DNA from: an uncultured Candidatus Rokubacteria bacterium
GTDB taxonomy: Bacteria; Methylomirabilota; Methylomirabilia; Rokubacteriales; CSP1-6
DNA: 64,000 bases
Reading direction: 5' to 3'
Assembly: GCA_963771355.1 (NCBI GenBank)
Contig: CAVYTA010000006.1
Span: forward strand, 2,176,001 to 2,240,000
Below, piece by piece: positions 30,030 to 49,654 of the stretch. The notes under the pieces are model-generated. The model searched no databases and was not told the DNA's origin. It saw only the letters and a program-made list of their open reading frames with translations. The stretch's first letter is position 1; the number at the start of each line of letters is the position of its first letter. The translations under genes and the position numbers were made by a program.

Positions 30030-30710
30030 CTACTTCGCCCCCTGCGCTTTCTGCCGCTGCGCCTTGGTCTGCTTCACGCTCTTCCGCACCATCACGAAGC
30101 CGCCCCGGGCGCCGGGCACCGCGCCCCGCAGCAGGATGAGGTTCTGCTCGGGGAGCACGCGCACCACCGGCAGGTTGAGGACGGTCCGGCGGTCCCCGCC
30201 CATGCGCCCGGGCAGCGGATGGCCGGGCCACACGCGGGAGGGGTCGGACGACGCGCCGATGGACCCGGGGGCCCGATGGAACATCGATCCGTGGGTGGCG
30301 TCGCCGCCGGACCAGCCGTGGCGCTTGACCCCGCCCTGGAAGCCCTTGCCCTTGGTCACGCCCACCACGTCCACGAACTCGCCCGGGCTGAAGATATCGG
30401 CGGTCAGGGTCTGCCCCACCGTGTAGGGCGCCACCGCCTCGGTCTTCTGCATGCGCATCTCCCGCAGCATCGTCAGCGGCCCGGGCAAGCCGGCTTTCTT
30501 GTAGACCCCCGCCATCGGCTTGGTGACGTTCTTCTTCTTGGCCTCGAAGCCGAGCTGGAGCGCGTCGTAGCCGTGGGTGGCCTTGGTGCGCACGGAGACG
30601 ACCGTGCAGGGGCCGAGCTGGACCACGGTGACCGGGATCATGTTCCCGTCGTCGCCGAAGACCTGCGTCATGCCCACTTTCCGGCCGATCAGTCCTTCCT
30701 TCATTGCCAT
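30030..30710 (-). CDS. rplC: 50S ribosomal protein L3
   Basis: GRKVGMTQVF, KGKGFQG, HRAPGSIG. Confidence 0.98.
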   Translation of the reverse strand: MAMKEGLIGRKVGMTQVFGDDGNMIPVTVVQLGPCTVVSVRTKATHGYDALQLGFEAKKKNVTKPMAGVYKKAGLPGPLTMLREMRMQKTEAVAPYTVGQTLTADIFSPGEFVDVVGVTKGKGFQGGVKRHGWSGGDATHGSMFHRAPGSIGASSDPSRVWPGHPLPGRMGGDRRTVLNLPVVRVLPEQNLILLRGAVPGARGGFVMVRKSVKQTKAQRQKAQGAK

Positions 30711-30740
30711 GATTGGAGTCTCGCTGTCCGGGGGAGGGCT

Positions 30741-31061
30741 CTAGAGCTTGATCTCGACGTCCACGCCGCTGGGGAGCTCGAGCTTCATGAGCGCGTCCAC
30801 CGTCTGGGGCGTGGGATCGAGGATGTCGAGGAGCCGCTTGTGGGTCCGCATCTCGAACTGCTCGCGTGAGGTCTTGTCCACGTGCGGCGAGCGGAGCACC
30901 GTCCAGCGGTTGATCATGGTGGGCAGGAGCACGGGCCCGGTCACGCGCGCGCCGGTACGCCGCACCGTCTCCACGATCTCCTTCATGGAGCGGTCGAGGA
31001 GGTGGTGGTCGTACGCCTTGAGCCGGATGCGGATCTTCTGGTCGGTGGTCAGGGTCCCCAT
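30741..31061 (-). CDS. rpsJ: 30S ribosomal protein S10
   Basis: [27 protein letters not shown] at 31061. Confidence 0.98.
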   Translation of the reverse strand: MGTLTTDQKIRIRLKAYDHHLLDRSMKEIVETVRRTGARVTGPVLLPTMINRWTVLRSPHVDKTSREQFEMRTHKRLLDILDPTPQTVDALMKLELPSGVDVEIKL

Positions 31062-31065
31062 GCCG

Positions 31066-32262
<1,197 letters not shown>

Positions 32263-32284
32263 GATCCTCTCCTGTGGGAGCGCG

Positions 32285-34393
32285 CTAGCGGGAGCCCGCG
32301 CGCGGCGCGGCCTTGCCCGCGACCTTCGCCATGATCTCCTCGGCGATGGGTCGCGGCACCTCTTCGTAGCGGGCGAACTGCATGGTGTAGGTGGCCCGTC
32401 CCTGCGTCATGGAGCGGACGTCCGTGGCATAGCCGAACATCTGGCCGAGGGGCACGTTGGCGCGGATGACCTGGGCGCTGGCGCGCGCGTCCATCGAGAT
32501 GATCTTGCCGCGCCGGCTGTTGAGGTCGCCCACCACCGCGCCCTGGAACTCGGAGGGGGTCACCACCTCGACGTCCATCACCGGCTCGAGGAGCACGGGC
32601 TTCGCCTTCCGCGCCGCCTCCTTGAACCCCATGGAGCCGGCGATCTTGAAGGCCATCTCGTTGGAGTCCACCTCGTGGTAGCTCCCGTCGGTGAGCGACA
32701 CCTTCACGTCCACCATGGGATAGCCGGCGAGGATGCCGGTCTCCGCCGCTTCCTTCACGCCCTTTTCCACCGCGGGCACGTATTCGCGGGGGATGGCGGG
32801 GCCCTTCAGCTTGTTCTCGAACACGACGCCGGCGCCGGGCGTCGAGGGCTCGACCTCCAGCCACACGTCCCCGTACTGGCCACGTCCGCCGGTCTGCCGC
32901 ACGAACCGCCCCTGCGCCTCCGCCTTCTGGCGAATGGTCTCGCGGTAGGCGACCTGCGGCTTGCCCACGTTGGCCTCGACCTTGAACTCCCGCAGGAGCC
33001 GGTCGACGATGATCTCGAGGTGCAGCTCGCCCATCCCGTGGATCAGGGTCTGGTTGGTCTCGGGATCCACGTTGACCTTGAAGGTCGGATCCTCGAGGGC
33101 GAGACGGGCCAGGGACAGCCCCAGCTTCTCCTCGTCGGCCTTGGTCTTGGGCTCGATGGCGACGGCGATGACCGGGGTGGGAAAGTCCATGGACTCGAGG
33201 ACGATCGGCTTGGTGGGATCGCAGAGGGTGTCACCGGTCCGGGTGTCCTTGAGACCGACCACCGCGGCGATGTCGCCCGCGGACACCGATTCGATGTCCT
33301 CGCGGTCGTTGGCGTGCATCCGGACCAGGCGGCCCACGCGCTCCTTGCGGTCGCGGGTGGAGTTGTAGACGCCGGAGCCGGCGCTCAGGGTCCCCGAGTA
33401 CACGCGCACGAAGACGAGCTGGCCCACGAACTTGTCGTTCATGATCTTGAAGGCCAGCGCGGAGAAGGGGGACTTGGGATCGGGCACGCGGGGCTCCGCC
33501 ACGCTGGTCTCGGGATTGACGCCGGTGATGGGCGGAACGTCGAGCGGCGACGGGAGGTAGTCGACCACCGCGTCGAGCATGGGCTGCACACCCTTGTTCT
33601 TGAACGAGGCGCCGCAGATGACGGGGAAGATCTTCATGGAGATGGTGCCGGCGCGGACGGCAGTCCGGATCTCCTCGGGGGTGATCTTCTCGCCGCTGAG
33701 GTACTTCTCCAGGAGGTGGTCGTCCACCTCGGCGAGCCCCTCGATCATCTTCTCGCGATACTCCTTCACCTGTTCTTGCATGTCGGCGGGGATGGGCTCG
33801 GTGGTGAACTTCTGCCCGAGGCTCTCATCGTCGATCCAGACGTAGGCGACCTCGTCGATGAGGTTCACCACACCGCGGAACTTGTCCTCGCGGCCGATGG
33901 GGAGCTGGATGGGCACCGCGTGGGCGCCCAGACGCTCCTTGAGCATGGAGAGGCAGCGGAAGTAGTCGGCGCCCACCCGGTCCATCTTGTTGACGTAGAC
34001 GATGCGGGGAACCTCGTACTTGTCGGCCTGGCGCCACACCGTCTCCGTCTGGGGCTCCACGCCGGACACTGCGTCGAGGATGGCAATGGCCCCGTCGAGC
34101 ACGCGGAGGGACCGCTCGACCTCCATGGTGAAGTCGACGTGACCCGGGGTGTCGATGATGTTGATACGGCAGTCGCGCCAGAAGCTGGTGGTGGCGGCGG
34201 ACGTGATGGTGATGCCGCGCTCCTGCTCCTGCACCATCCAGTCCATGGTGGCGGTACCCTCGTGCACCTCGCCGATCTTGTAGGACCGGCCGGTGTAATA
34301 GAGCACGCGCTCGGTGGTGGTGGTCTTCCCGGCATCGATGTGCGCCATGATGCCGATGTTCCGGGTCTTCTCCAGCGGGTACTGCGTCTCCAC
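32285..34393 (-). CDS. fusA: Elongation factor G
   Basis: [34 protein letters not shown] start 34393 with AGGGAAG RBS. Confidence 0.98.
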   Translation of the reverse strand: METQYPLEKTRNIGIMAHIDAGKTTTTERVLYYTGRSYKIGEVHEGTATMDWMVQEQERGITITSAATTSFWRDCRINIIDTPGHVDFTMEVERSLRVLDGAIAILDAVSGVEPQTETVWRQADKYEVPRIVYVNKMDRVGADYFRCLSMLKERLGAHAVPIQLPIGREDKFRGVVNLIDEVAYVWIDDESLGQKFTTEPIPADMQEQVKEYREKMIEGLAEVDDHLLEKYLSGEKITPEEIRTAVRAGTISMKIFPVICGASFKNKGVQPMLDAVVDYLPSPLDVPPITGVNPETSVAEPRVPDPKSPFSALAFKIMNDKFVGQLVFVRVYSGTLSAGSGVYNSTRDRKERVGRLVRMHANDREDIESVSAGDIAAVVGLKDTRTGDTLCDPTKPIVLESMDFPTPVIAVAIEPKTKADEEKLGLSLARLALEDPTFKVNVDPETNQTLIHGMGELHLEIIVDRLLREFKVEANVGKPQVAYRETIRQKAEAQGRFVRQTGGRGQYGDVWLEVEPSTPGAGVVFENKLKGPAIPREYVPAVEKGVKEAAETGILAGYPMVDVKVSLTDGSYHEVDSNEMAFKIAGSMGFKEAARKAKPVLLEPVMDVEVVTPSEFQGAVVGDLNSRRGKIISMDARASAQVIRANVPLGQMFGYATDVRSMTQGRATYTMQFARYEEVPRPIAEEIMAKVAGKAAPRAGSR

Positions 34394-34443
34394 GTGACTC
34401 TCTCTTCCCTTTTCCGGTGCCGCGCTCAAGCTATACAAGCGAA

Positions 34444-34471
34444 GAGGGGGGTCGAGGACTCGGCCCCCCTC
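34444..34471. other. Strong hairpin in rpsG-fusA spacer
   Basis: GAGGGGGGTCGA / TCGGCCCCCCTC 12-bp stem with 4-nt loop. Confidence 0.6.
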
Positions 34472-34485
34472 CGCCAACTCGGGCG

Positions 34486-34953
34486 CTACCAGCGATAGTG
34501 CGCGAACGCCTTGTTGGCTTCCGCCATCTTGTGAGTGTCTTCTCGCTTCTTCACCGCCGCTCCGCGGTTGTTGGCCGCGTCGAGCAGCTCACCGGCAAGC
34601 TTGTCCGCCATGCTCTTCTCCGAGCGCCGGCGCGCGGAGCCGATCAGCCACCGCATGGACAGGGCCACCCGGCGATCCGGGCGCACCTCCACCGGCACCT
34701 GGTAGGTGGAGCCGCCCACCCGCCGCGACTTCACCTCCACCGCGGGCTTGCAGTTGTCCACCGCCGACTTGAACAGCTTCAACGCGTCCTGCTTGGCGCG
34801 CTCTTCCATGTTACCGAGAGCGGAGTACATGATGTGCTCGGCGGTACTCTTCTTGCCGCCGTACATCATCATGTTGACGAACTTCGCCACCAGCCGGCTC
34901 CCGTACTTCGGATCCGGCAGGATCTCCCGATGAACCGCCCCCGCCCGCCGCAT
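34486..34953 (-). CDS. rpsG: 30S ribosomal protein S7
   Basis: [28 protein letters not shown]. Confidence 0.98.
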   Translation of the reverse strand: MRRAGAVHREILPDPKYGSRLVAKFVNMMMYGGKKSTAEHIMYSALGNMEERAKQDALKLFKSAVDNCKPAVEVKSRRVGGSTYQVPVEVRPDRRVALSMRWLIGSARRRSEKSMADKLAGELLDAANNRGAAVKKREDTHKMAEANKAFAHYRW

Positions 34954-34954
34954 C

Positions 34955-35335
34955 CTACGCGCCGCCCTTCGGCTGCTTGGCCCCGTACTTCGACCGGCTT
35001 TGCTTCCGGCCCGCCACGCCCGCGGTGTCCAAGGAGCCGCGAATGATGTGATACCGGATACCCGGCAGATCCTTCACACGGCCGCCCCGGATGAGGACGA
35101 TCGAATGCTCCTGCAGATTGTGGCCGACTCCCGGGATGTACGACGTCACTTCCAGCCCGTTGGTCAGGCGCACCCGCGCGACCTTGCGGAGGGCGGAGTT
35201 CGGCTTCTTGGGCGTGGTGGTGTAGACGCGGATGCAGACGCCCCGCTTCTGCGGGCACGCCTCCATCGCGGGCGTCTTGGACTTCTTGCGCACCGCCTCG
35301 CGGCCCTTCCGGACGAGCTGGTTGATGGTCGGCAT
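34955..35335 (-). CDS. rpsL: 30S ribosomal protein S12
   Basis: [27 protein letters not shown]. Confidence 0.99.
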   Translation of the reverse strand: MPTINQLVRKGREAVRKKSKTPAMEACPQKRGVCIRVYTTTPKKPNSALRKVARVRLTNGLEVTSYIPGVGHNLQEHSIVLIRGGRVKDLPGIRYHIIRGSLDTAGVAGRKQSRSKYGAKQPKGGA

Positions 35336-35372
35336 GGTTCTCCGTTACCGGTGATGACGCCAAAACTCTAAC

Positions 35373-35401
35373 TTTATAACCGAATAGCCCTTGCCTGTCA
35401 A
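35373..35401 (-). promoter_or_regulatory. sigma70 promoter of str operon
   Basis: Minus strand TTGACA, 17 bp, TATAAA; near consensus, in AT-rich spacer between rpoC and rpsL. Confidence 0.85.
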
Positions 35402-35421
35402 GGTTTTCCGCTGCATCGCCC

Positions 35422-39618
<4,197 letters not shown>

Positions 39619-39701
39619 TCGATGAATCTCCTTTTCCTACGGTTAAAGCGTTCGCCTCGGACGGCGGGGCCCCGCCCCGCGGCGTCCTGCCGCGTCCCTA
39701 C

Positions 39702-43724
<4,023 letters not shown>

Positions 43725-43736
43725 GCTCCCTCCGCG

Positions 43737-43782
43737 CCTCGGCCGGTCAGGCCGAGGGCTCTACCCGGCCGGTCGGGCCGGG
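43737..43782 (-). promoter_or_regulatory. Twin hairpins immediately upstream of rpoB RBS
   Basis: CCTCGGCC-GGTCA-GGCCGAGG (43737-43757) and CCCGGCC-GGTCG-GGCCGGG (43764-43782). Confidence 0.5.
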
Positions 43783-43831
43783 GCCCCCTTCAGAAAGTTT
43801 CGTGTCTAGTCGCTTTCTCCAGGGCGGAGGC

Positions 43832-44215
43832 TTACTTGACTTCGACGCTGGCGCCGACCTCCTCGAGCTTCTTCTTCATGTCGGCCGCCTCCGCCTTGGT
43901 GACCTTCTCCTTCACCGGCTTGGGGGCGCCGTCCACGAGATCCTTGGCTTCCTTGAGGCCGAGCCCGGTGAGCTCGCGCACCACCTTGATGACCTGGATC
44001 TTCTTCTCGCCGGCCGCGTTGAGGATGAGGTCGAACTCGGTCTTCTCCTCCGCCGCCGGGGCCGCCGCGCCGCCGCCCGCCGCGGGCGCCGCCACCGCCA
44101 CCGCCGCCGCCGCCGACACGCCCCACTTCTCCTGCAAGAGCTTCGAGAGCTGGGCCGCCTCGAGCAGCGTCAGTCCGTCCAGCTTCTCGGCAATCTCGTC
44201 GATGTTCGTCGCCAT
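43832..44215 (-). CDS. rplL: 50S ribosomal protein L7/L12
   Basis: [31 protein letters not shown]. Confidence 0.98.
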   Translation of the reverse strand: MATNIDEIAEKLDGLTLLEAAQLSKLLQEKWGVSAAAAVAVAAPAAGGGAAAPAAEEKTEFDLILNAAGEKKIQVIKVVRELTGLGLKEAKDLVDGAPKPVKEKVTKAEAADMKKKLEEVGASVEVK

Positions 44216-44263
44216 GTCCCTGCCTCCGTTGAGTCTGATTAGAGTGACTGGTGCCGGACCGCG

Positions 44264-44785
44264 CTACTCCGCGGCCCCCTGCTTGCTTCGCGCCTCGATC
44301 ACGCGCACGAGCTGCCCCTGCACCGCGGTGAGCAGCGTGACGAGCTGGCTGAGCGGCCCCTGCAGCGCGCCCACCAGCTGAGCCCGCAGCGCTTCTTTGG
44401 ACGGCAGATCCGCGAGCGACTTGAGCGCGGCGGCCTCGAGGACCTTGCCCTCGACCACCCCCACCTTGATCGTCAGCGCGGGGTTGTTCTTGACGAAGGC
44501 CTGGAGCGCCTTGGCCACCGAGACCGGATCGTGACGGGTATAGGCCACGCCGGTGGGACCGGTCAGGTGCTTGCCGAGACCGTCTAGAGCCGAGTCCTTG
44601 ATCGCGATCCGGGCCAGGCGGTTCTTGACCACCTTGTACTCGGCCGACGCGCCCTTCAGCTGCTTGCGGAGATCCGAGAGCTGCCGCACGGTGAGGCCCC
44701 GGTACTCGGTGAGCACCGCCGTCTGCACCCCGGCGAACCGCTCCTTCAGCTCCGCTACGCTTTCCGTATTCTCGGCATTCGGCAC
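44264..44785 (-). CDS. rplJ: 50S ribosomal protein L10
   Basis: EYRGLTV, VVKNRLA, LADLPSKE. Confidence 0.97.
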   Translation of the reverse strand: MPNAENTESVAELKERFAGVQTAVLTEYRGLTVRQLSDLRKQLKGASAEYKVVKNRLARIAIKDSALDGLGKHLTGPTGVAYTRHDPVSVAKALQAFVKNNPALTIKVGVVEGKVLEAAALKSLADLPSKEALRAQLVGALQGPLSQLVTLLTAVQGQLVRVIEARSKQGAAE

Positions 44786-44799
44786 GACTCGACTCCCTC

Positions 44800-45513
44800 C
44801 TAGACCGGCTTCTTGAACTGCGCGGCGACTTTCTGGACGTCCACCTTGATCGCGGGCCCCATGGTGGAGGACACCGTGACCGTGCGCAGGTACTGACCTT
44901 TGGACGCCGACGGCTTGGCCCGGATGATGGCCTCCAGCAGGGCGAGCGCATTGGCCGAGAGCTGCATCTGGTTGAACGAGCGCTTCCCCACCGGGACGTG
45001 CACGTTGCCGGCCTTGTCCACGCGGAACTCCACCTTGCCCGCCTTGGCCTCGCGCACCGCGCGGCTCACGTCGAAGGTCACCGTGCCCAGCTTGGGGTTG
45101 GGCATGAGACCGCGGGGCCCCAGCACCTTGCCGAGCCGGCCCACCTGGCCCATGAGGTCCGGGGTGGCGATCGCGGAGTCGAACTCCAGCCAGCCGCCCT
45201 GCACCCGCTCCACGAGGTCCTCCGCGCCCACCACGTCGGCGCCGGCCTCGCGCGCCTCCCGATCCTTCTCGCCCTTGGCGAACACCACCACCCGCACCGT
45301 CTTGCCGATGCCGTGGGGCAGCACCACCGCGCCCCGCACCATCTGGTCGGCGTGCTTGGGATCCACCCCCAGCCGCAGGGAGAGGTCCACCGTCTCGTCG
45401 AACTTCGCGCGCGGCAGCTTCTCGAGGATGCCGATTGCCTCCTCCACGCCGTGCGCCTTCTCGCGGTCGTAGACCGCCTCCGCCGCCTTCGCTCGCTTGG
45501 TCAGGGTTGGCAT
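44800..45513 (-). CDS. rplA: 50S ribosomal protein L1
   Basis: [25 protein letters not shown]. Confidence 0.98.
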   Translation of the reverse strand: MPTLTKRAKAAEAVYDREKAHGVEEAIGILEKLPRAKFDETVDLSLRLGVDPKHADQMVRGAVVLPHGIGKTVRVVVFAKGEKDREAREAGADVVGAEDLVERVQGGWLEFDSAIATPDLMGQVGRLGKVLGPRGLMPNPKLGTVTFDVSRAVREAKAGKVEFRVDKAGNVHVPVGKRSFNQMQLSANALALLEAIIRAKPSASKGQYLRTVTVSSTMGPAIKVDVQKVAAQFKKPV

Positions 45514-45571
45514 GTCGTGTCAGACTCCTGTGCGTCCTCTGCGAACGTGCGTCGCGCTATGATTTCCATCA

Positions 45572-45675
45572 GCGGGGCCCCGACATGGCCCCCGCTCTCC
45601 CCCAGTCCGCGGCCGACCCGTGGCTCCCCGCTCTCCCCCAGTCCGGGGACGACCCATGGCTCCCCGCACTCCGCC
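45572..45675. repeat. Palindrome plus about 2.7 tandem copies of a 33-36 bp unit in rplK-rplA spacer (REP-like)
   Basis: Units start at 45581, 45614, 45650; consensus CGACCC(A/G)TGGCTCCCCGCTCTCCCCCAGTCCG(C/G)GG(C/A); hairpin GCGGGGCC-CCGACAT-GGCCCCCGC at 45572-45595. Confidence 0.8.
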
Positions 45676-45693
45676 GCGTGCGCCGGCGGCGCA

Positions 45694-46116
45694 CTAGACA
45701 ACGTCAATCCCCATGCTGCGGGCGGTGCCTTCGACGGTCCGCATCGCGGACTCGATGGAGTCGGTATTGAGGTCCACCAGCTTGGTCTGCGCGATCTCCC
45801 GGACCTGGGCCCGGGTGACCTTGCCGATCTTGTCCTTGTGCGGCACCGCGGAGGCCTTGGCGATGCCCGCCGCCCGCTTGAGCAGGATGGCGGCCGGCGG
45901 GGTCTTCACCACGAAGGTGAAAGACCGGTCCTGATAGATGGTCACCACCACCGGGAGGATGAGCCCTTCCTGGTTGCCGGTCTGGGCGTTGAAGCCCTTG
46001 CAGAACTCCATGATGTTGACGCCGTGCTGGCCGAGCGCCGGACCCACCGGCGGCGAAGGGTTCGCCTTCCCGGCCGTAATCTGGAGCTTCACCATCGCCT
46101 GGACTTTCTTTGCCAT
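45694..46116 (-). CDS. rplK: 50S ribosomal protein L11
   Basis: [30 protein letters not shown]. Confidence 0.98.
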   Translation of the reverse strand: MAKKVQAMVKLQITAGKANPSPPVGPALGQHGVNIMEFCKGFNAQTGNQEGLILPVVVTIYQDRSFTFVVKTPPAAILLKRAAGIAKASAVPHKDKIGKVTRAQVREIAQTKLVDLNTDSIESAMRTVEGTARSMGIDVV

Positions 46117-46119
46117 GTC

Positions 46120-46674
46120 TCAGAGCCTTTCGACCTGGTAGTACTCGAGTTCCACCGGCGTCATGCGCCCGAAGATCGCCACCATCACCTTGAGCTTGCC
46201 CCGCTCGGGGTTGAGGTCGTCGATGGTCCCCTGGAAGTTCACGAAGGGCCCCTCGATCACCCGCACCTTGTCGCCCTTCTGGAAGGTCGACTTCAGCTTG
46301 GGCTTTTCCGCGCCCTCTTCCATCTGCCGCAGGATCCCCTCCACCTCTTCGGGCGGAAGGGGTACCGGCTTGTTGCCGGAGCCGACGAAGCCCGTCACCT
46401 TCGGCGTCGAGCGCACGAGATGCCAGGTGTCGTCGGTCAGATCCATCTCCACCAGGAGGTAGCCCGGGAAGAATTTCTGCTCGATCTCGATCTTCTTGCT
46501 CTTCCGGATCTCCCGCACCTTCTCTGTCGGCACCACCACCCGGCCGATCATCTCGGAGAGCCCGAAGATCTTGGCCCGGGACTCGATGGCCTGCGCCACC
46601 TTGTTCTCGAACCCCGAATAGGTATGGATGACAAACCACTGCTTCGGCTTGGTGGTGGTCTCAGCGTCACTCAT
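46120..46674 (-). CDS. nusG: Transcription termination/antitermination factor NusG
   Basis: WFVIHTYSGFE, FPGYLLVEM, KOW GPF, IFGRMTPVEL. Confidence 0.98.
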   Translation of the reverse strand: MSDAETTTKPKQWFVIHTYSGFENKVAQAIESRAKIFGLSEMIGRVVVPTEKVREIRKSKKIEIEQKFFPGYLLVEMDLTDDTWHLVRSTPKVTGFVGSGNKPVPLPPEEVEGILRQMEEGAEKPKLKSTFQKGDKVRVIEGPFVNFQGTIDDLNPERGKLKVMVAIFGRMTPVELEYYQVERL

Positions 46675-46862
46675 CGAAGAATGGTCTCCACGATCCGCGA
46701 AAGCCCCACGTCCACCGCTCCCAGGAAAAAGGCCAGGACAAATACCACCACCACCACCACCACCGTGGAGCTCATCACGTCAGCCCGGCTCGGCCAGGAC
46801 ACCCGCCGGAACTCCGCCAGCACCTCGCGGAAGAACTGCTGTCCCCGTCGCAGAAACTCCAT
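46671..46862 (-). CDS. secE: Preprotein translocase subunit SecE
   Basis: EFRRVSWPS followed by one TM helix; upstream of nusG. Confidence 0.95.
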   Translation of the reverse strand: MEFLRRGQQFFREVLAEFRRVSWPSRADVMSSTVVVVVVVFVLAFFLGAVDVGLSRIVETILR

Positions 46863-46893
46863 GCTCTCTCTCGTCGTATCCCGCTATCGAATC

Positions 46894-46970
46894 TGGCAGG
46901 CGTGGAGGGATTCGAACCCCCATCCCCTGGATTTGGAGTCCAGTGCTCTAGCCGTTAGAGCTACACGCCT
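46894..46970 (-). tRNA. tRNA-Trp(CCA)
   Basis: AGGCGTG acceptor stem, anticodon loop CTCCAAA, GGTTCGAATCC, encoded CCA. Confidence 0.97.
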
Positions 46971-46995
46971 GCAAGCCGTTGATCCGCGTCCCTGC

Positions 46996-47145
46996 CTACT
47001 TCGATTCCTTGTGCAGCACGTGCTTCCGGCACCACTTGCAAAACTTCTTCAGCTCCATGCGGTCCGGATGCGTGCGCTTGTTCTTGGTGGTCGAGTAGTT
47101 CCGGCGCTGGCAGTCCGTGCAGGCGAGAGAGACGATGTCGCGCAT
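46996..47145 (-). CDS. rpmG: 50S ribosomal protein L33 (Zn-binding; below ORF-track cutoff)
   Basis: Manual translation [49 protein letters not shown]. Confidence 0.97.
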   Translation of the reverse strand: MRDIVSLACTDCQRRNYSTTKNKRTHPDRMELKKFCKWCRKHVLHKESK

Positions 47146-47148
47146 CGC

Positions 47149-48345
<1,197 letters not shown>

Positions 48346-48407
48346 GCCGGGGATCCTCCTCGCTCGCTACCGCGCGGTCGTGTCTGTTCTGTCGATGTCG
48401 ATATTGA

Positions 48408-48483
48408 TGGAGCCCATGTCCGGGCTTGAACCGGAGACCTCGTCCTTACCAAGGACGCGCTCTGCCAACTGAGCTACATGGGC
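48408..48483 (-). tRNA. tRNA-Thr(GGT)
   Basis: GCCCATG stem, anticodon loop TTGGTAA, T-arm GGTTCAAGCCC, CCA end. Confidence 0.97.
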
Positions 48484-48524
48484 GCTCGTTCCGACCCATC
48501 CAGTGCTGCCCCAGGTCCTGGGGC

Positions 48525-48599
48525 TGGAGCGGGAAACGGGATTCGAACCCGCGACCCCCAGCTTGGAAGGCTGGCGCTCTACCGCTGAGCTATTCCCGC
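48525..48599 (-). tRNA. tRNA-Gly(TCC)
   Basis: GCGGGAA stem, loop TTTCCAA-like (CCTTCCAAG), GGTTCGAATCC, CCA end. Confidence 0.97.
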
Positions 48600-48635
48600 C
48601 TGCCGACTCGGTGCGCCCCGCGAGGACCCTGCAAG

Positions 48636-48721
48636 TGGTGGGGAGAGGAGGATTTGAACCTCCGAAGGCGTTCGCCAGCAGATTTACAGTCTGCCCCCTT
48701 TGGCCACTTGGGTATCTCCCC
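48636..48721 (-). tRNA. tRNA-Tyr(GTA)
   Basis: 86 nt with long variable arm, loop CTGTAAA, CCA end. Confidence 0.97.
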
Positions 48722-48769
48722 GCTGTTCGCCCCAGGACTACAACTCCTTGATCTTACGGTTGAAAAGAC

Positions 48770-48844
48770 TGGCGCTGGCGGGAGGATTTGAACCCCCGAC
48801 CCACTGCTTACAAGGCAGTTGCTCTGCCCCTGAGCTACGCCAGC
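48770..48844 (-). tRNA. tRNA-Thr(TGT)
   Basis: GCTGGCG stem, loop TTTGTAA-like (CCTTGTAAG), GGTTCAAATCC, CCA end. Confidence 0.96.
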
Positions 48845-48858
48845 AGTCGCAAAACTTC

Positions 48859-48887
48859 ACTCTATTTACGAGCCCTTGACAAGTCAA
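48859..48887 (-). promoter_or_regulatory. sigma70 promoter of the tRNA-tuf operon
   Basis: Minus strand TTGACT, 17 bp, TAGAGT, 14 nt upstream of tRNA-Thr; -35 overlaps rlmB stop. Confidence 0.75.
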
Positions 48888-49654
48888 GGCCTTTTTGATC
48901 CTGGGGCCGCCATCCGCTGCCGCACGACCTCATAGCAGAGCGCGGTCGCTGCGGCCGACACATTCAACGAGCCGATCTTCCCCCGCATCGGCAAGGTGAG
49001 CAGCATATCGCACGTCCGGGTGACCAGGGGACGCAGGCCTTCCCCCTCTCCACCAAGAACCAGACACACGGGCGCCGTCAAGTCCACGCTCCAGGGGTCC
49101 CGGCCTCCCTGCTGGGCGGCTCCCATCACCCAGATCGACTCTTTCTTCAGTAATTCAAGCGCTTGGACCATGTTGGTCTCGCGAGCGACCGGGATGTGCT
49201 CCAGTGCCCCCATGGCCGCCTTCGCCACCGCCGGCGTGAGCCCGGCCGCCTGGTGCTTGGGAAGGATGACCCCGTGCGCCCCCGTGGCCTCGGCGCTGCG
49301 GAGCACGGCCCCCAGGTTACGCGGATCCTGGATACGATCCAGCGCCAGGAAGAAGGCGGGCTCGCCCCGCTCCCCCGGCACGCGGAGCAGGTCATCCAGC
49401 GAGGCGTAGGACGCCTCCGCCACGCGCGCCACCACGCCCTGATGATGGGGCGTCCCCGCCATGGCGGTGAGCTGCTCGCGCGTCCGGTAGGACACCTTCA
49501 CCTGCCGGTTCCGCGCCAGCGTCAGCAGCTCCTGCAGGGCCGGGCCGCGGCCTTCCGACAGGATGGCCAGCTCGTCCACGCTCCGCCCGGCCGCGCGGAG
49601 CGCCTCGAGCACCGGATTGCGGCCGAACAGCGGAGCCGCCTCGCGCTCGGTCAC
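48884..49654 (-). CDS. rlmB: 23S rRNA (guanosine-2251-2'-O)-methyltransferase RlmB
   Basis: GRNPVLEAL, HQGVVA, DPRNLGAVLRSA, GGEGEGLR, SLNVSAA; GTG 49654 overlaps natural cysS stop (GTGA). Confidence 0.93.
   Translation of the reverse strand: MTEREAAPLFGRNPVLEALRAAGRSVDELAILSEGRGPALQELLTLARNRQVKVSYRTREQLTAMAGTPHHQGVVARVAEASYASLDDLLRVPGERGEPAFFLALDRIQDPRNLGAVLRSAEATGAHGVILPKHQAAGLTPAVAKAAMGALEHIPVARETNMVQALELLKKESIWVMGAAQQGGRDPWSVDLTAPVCLVLGGEGEGLRPLVTRTCDMLLTLPMRGKIGSLNVSAAATALCYEVVRQRMAAPGSKRP

Noticed and set aside
39659..39687. Hairpin in the rpoB-rpoC spacer as a regulatory RNA
   Set aside because: Imperfect GC-rich stem of the kind expected by chance at this GC content, with no further support.
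45581..45675. 36-bp repeat as a CRISPR array
   Set aside because: Units are contiguous with no unique spacers, and no cas genes are in the window.
48508..48524. GCCCCAGG-T-CCTGGGGC inverted repeat between tRNA-Gly and tRNA-Thr
   Set aside because: Short spacer hairpin, most simply ordinary tRNA precursor structure.
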